A stretch of DNA of 64,000 bases from Klebsiella phage KpLz-2_45: sequence record MN871446.1. One strand, 5' to 3'. This document shows, one piece after another, positions 63,802 through 64,000 of the stretch; the first letter of the stretch is position 1, and each line of letters begins with the position of its first letter. The position numbers and the translations under genes are program-made. The notes under the pieces are model-generated. The model searched no databases and had not been told where the DNA came from. It saw only the letters and a list, made by a program, of their open reading frames with translations.

Positions 63802-64000
63802 ATGGCGACATTAGATACAGTAACTGACGATAGCTGGACGCGTCAGGCATTCTTACTTCCTGCCGATGCGGTTGATGATGACGACATTTATTACCGTAAC
63901 CACTCCAGCGCCTATTTTAAATACACCGATACTACGTTGGGCGGAAACTGGGCATTGAATGCACCACCCCAACCCTGTCTCTTTTCAGACCCTGTCTTAG
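63802..64000 (+). CDS. hypothetical protein, 5' part (MATLDTVTDDSWTRQAF...), runs out of the window
   Basis: ATG with Shine-Dalgarno AAAGGAAC. The frame is open to the window end. Confidence 0.45.
   Translation, partial: MATLDTVTDDSWTRQAFLLPADAVDDDDIYYRNHSSAYFKYTDTTLGGNWALNAPPQPCLFSDPVL

Overview
This window reads as a densely packed, almost entirely minus-strand segment of a large virulent dsDNA bacteriophage, GC about 44-45%. The content points to a jumbo myovirus of the phiKZ-like / hyperbranched-tail-fibre Klebsiella-Enterobacterales type.

Gene content, in order:
- 0.1-13.3 kb: an accessory block of small hypothetical and membrane proteins. Inside it sits an NAD-salvage pair, NadR-like NMN adenylyltransferase/ribosylnicotinamide kinase plus a PnuC nicotinamide-riboside transporter. 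Also here: an SPFH/band-7 membrane protein, a NADAR (YbiA-like) domain protein, an SspB-like ClpXP-adaptor homolog and a dUTPase.
- 13.4-41.8 kb: twelve large paralogous tailspike/depolymerase-like receptor-binding proteins (A-L here), built from swappable N-terminal anchor modules and divergent central beta-helix domains. Ten lie on the minus strand and two on the plus strand.
- 41.8-50.9 kb: further hypothetical and probable virion proteins.
- 51.0-57.1 kb: a multisubunit-type RNA polymerase beta-like protein (1495 aa, NFEDA and GDK motifs) and a beta-prime N-terminal-like fragment (543 aa, ADFDGD).
- 57.2-63.8 kb: a divergently transcribed 2197-aa giant protein with a C-terminal lytic-transglycosylase (SLT) domain.

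Regulatory structure visible directly in the sequence:
- Intergenic regions carry strong GC hairpin plus T-run terminators, nearly all of the AGAGAGG...CCTCTCT family.
- The hairpin is immediately followed by a conserved TTTC(G)TATGA(C/T/G) motif about 23-28 nt upstream of tailspike start codons. I read this as a terminator-late-promoter cassette.
- A second motif, A(C/A)ATCTATAT(C/T)AC, recurs in four other intergenic positions.

Several plausible genes absent from the ORF track were found by hand: 170..433 (86 aa) and small ORFs of 41, 47 and 53 aa. Three ORF-track starts cross terminator hairpins and were moved. No rRNA, tRNA, CRISPR array or transposon was detected.
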